In this document: in pieces, positions 60,266 through 62,022 of the stretch | Position numbering within the stretch: the first letter of the stretch is position 1 | Layout of the letters: each line of letters begins with the position of its first letter | Source: an uncultured Lentimicrobiaceae bacterium | Lineage (GTDB): Bacteria; Bacteroidota; Bacteroidia; Bacteroidales; DASVHX01 | DNA: 62,022 nucleotides | Assembly: GCA_964511085.1 (NCBI GenBank) | Contig: CAZEDO010000002.1 | Location: 7,945 to 69,966, forward strand | Direction: 5' to 3' | Notes under the pieces: generated by a model | What the model was told of the DNA's origin: nothing | Seen by the model: only the letters and a program-made list of their open reading frames with translations | Databases searched by the model: none | Position numbers and translations under genes: made by a program

Positions 60266-61183
60266 ATGAAAAAGCTTATTTTAACTTTATCCTTTATAGC
60301 CATTTTGTCAACTGTTTTTGGCCAGAATGAAACCATTGTGCTTTATGCTGATGGCGTGCCCGGTTCAAAAGGCATTCAGATTGACGAAGAATCAAAAACC
60401 ACAGATGGAATTACACGGGTAAAAAATGTTATGCAACCGGCTTTGTATGTATTTCAGCCCCGCAGCAAAACTTCTGATGCTGCTGTTGTTATATGCCCTG
60501 GCGGAGGATACAGCATTCTGGCAATTGATCATGAAGGATATGAAATTGCAAAGTGGTTTAATGAACGTGGTGTAACAGCCTTTGTACTAAAATACCGGCT
60601 GCCGCAGGAAAATCTGTTCTCTGATAAAGAGATCAGGCCTTTGCAGGATGCACAACAGGCAATCAGAATTGTGCGTAAAAATGCGGAGAAATATGGTGTC
60701 TCACCAGATAAAATCGGGATAATGGGTTTTTCTGCCGGAGGACACCTTGCAGCAACAGCCTCAACACATTTTGAAAAGCAAATTGGCGAAATAACAGACC
60801 CTGCAATAAGTGTAAGACCTGACTTTTCAATTTTGATTTATCCGGTAATTACTTTTAATGATTCAATAGTGCATTCAGGTTCAAGAGATAATCTGATTGG
60901 CAAGAATCCTCCGGCTGACAAAATTGAGTTTTTTTCAAACGAAAAGCACGTTTCAAAGGAAACCCCGCCTACATTCCTGATCAGTACTTCTGACGATTTC
61001 GTGGAACCTGAAAACAGCATCTTATACTTCCAGGCTTGCAGAAAAAACAATGTACCTGTCGAAATGCACATTTATGAAAAAGGCGGGCATGGTTATGCTC
61101 TTAAGAAAAAAGGGTTGGGACCGGTGGAAACATGGCCAGACCGGCTGCAAGACTGGATGAAAGAAAGAAAACTGATGAATTAA
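60266..61183 (+). CDS. Alpha/beta hydrolase (BD-FAE / acetyl esterase-like)
   Basis: CPGGGY, GFSAGGHLA, RPDF..L.YPVI, GGHGY. Confidence 0.92.
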   Translation: MKKLILTLSFIAILSTVFGQNETIVLYADGVPGSKGIQIDEESKTTDGITRVKNVMQPALYVFQPRSKTSDAAVVICPGGGYSILAIDHEGYEIAKWFNERGVTAFVLKYRLPQENLFSDKEIRPLQDAQQAIRIVRKNAEKYGVSPDKIGIMGFSAGGHLAATASTHFEKQIGEITDPAISVRPDFSILIYPVITFNDSIVHSGSRDNLIGKNPPADKIEFFSNEKHVSKETPPTFLISTSDDFVEPENSILYFQACRKNNVPVEMHIYEKGGHGYALKKKGLGPVETWPDRLQDWMKERKLMN

Positions 61184-61409
61184 TATCTGAAGAAGCCGTT
61201 GGTCAGGAAATTATTTCAACAACAGGCACAACAAGACAACCTATGATTTTAGCTATGTGTTTTTCTATTGTGACTATGTGCCTATTGTGGTTAGTAATAA
61301 TACGTACTTATCGTTTCAATTATACTCACTTCATTCTTGAGATCGCTTCACTATGTTCAAATTATCTAATTTTGACTCATATTCTCAGGCTAATCCTAAC
61401 GCATCGATT

Positions 61410-62022
61410 ATGAAAAAATCAACATTTATTATCTTCATCCTTTTTTATACTTCATCCCTTATAGCACAAACTTTTCCCGACAGCCATACCGACGGGAAAT
61501 ACTATACCGTGAATGGTGCAAAAATATGGACAGTAAGTTTCGGAAAAGGTGATCCCCTCTTCCTGATCCCTGGTGGCCCCGGAAATTCACACTACTACAT
61601 GCGGCAATTTGATTCACTGTCTACTGCAAATACATTGGTCTTTTTCGATGGTTTTGGCAGGGGGAAATCAGACACTGCAACCAATATAAAAGAATATTCG
61701 CTTGAGCGCGATATTGAGGATTTGGAAGGATTACGGAAAGCAATGGGATTCCCTTCAATCAGTATTCTTGGTCATTCCTATGGCGGACTTGTGGCGCAAG
61801 GCTATGCCATAAAATATCCTGAAAGAGTAAAGCACCTTATCCTTTCAAACACATTTCACAGCTACATAATGTGGCAGGAAAACGATGATAACAGCAACCA
61901 CGAGATAAAAACAAATTATCCGGAAGTATGGGATAAACTCATGAAAATACGTGAGCAGGGCGCCGTGTCAAGTGATGCAGTTCATCAGGAAATATATGGT
62001 GAAGTGCCTTATGGATTTTTGT
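61410..62022 (+). CDS. Proline iminopeptidase-like alpha/beta hydrolase (truncated by the window end)
   Basis: Read manually: MKKSTFIIFILF..., IPGGPG, FDGFGRGKS, LGHSYGG, KYPERV; not in the ORF track because there is no stop in the window. Confidence 0.85.
   Translation, partial: MKKSTFIIFILFYTSSLIAQTFPDSHTDGKYYTVNGAKIWTVSFGKGDPLFLIPGGPGNSHYYMRQFDSLSTANTLVFFDGFGRGKSDTATNIKEYSLERDIEDLEGLRKAMGFPSISILGHSYGGLVAQGYAIKYPERVKHLILSNTFHSYIMWQENDDNSNHEIKTNYPEVWDKLMKIREQGAVSSDAVHQEIYGEVPYGFL

Overview
A ~62 kb chromosomal segment from a Bacteroidota bacterium, probably an anaerobic Bacteroidales. The evidence is the TAnnTTTG -7 promoter boxes, a short Bacteroidetes-type primary sigma factor, T9SS C-terminal domains and a FISUMP lipoprotein. 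The first ~41 kb is mostly housekeeping and central metabolism: ECF sigma, GH13 amylase, ADP-forming acyl-CoA synthetase, DAK2-DegV fusion, two aminotransferases, 2-oxoacid dehydrogenase E1, yidC, pyrG, gap, rpoD, degP, dapF, mltG, phosphomannomutase, a MazEF-type TA pair, a four-subunit 2-oxoacid:ferredoxin oxidoreductase and sucC. The remainder is accessory: a ~1,900-aa protein with 30 tandem 57-aa TPR-like repeats, an MFS gene broken by one in-frame TGA, several secreted or surface proteins, guaC, and a metallo-hydrolase behind a 42-bp palindrome. No rRNA, tRNA, CRISPR array, transposase or reverse transcriptase was recognised. Highlights: (1) the 3' end of the FISUMP lipoprotein gene carries a strong codon signature of a DGR variable repeat although no TR or RT is in the window, so it is a candidate remote DGR target; (2) a DUF559 nuclease gene is embedded in REP-like inverted repeats; (3) several distinct families of small palindromic or MITE-like intergenic elements occur, one of them nested; (4) a rubrerythrin has lost diiron ligands. 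All family assignments come from motifs recognised by eye; no database searches were run.
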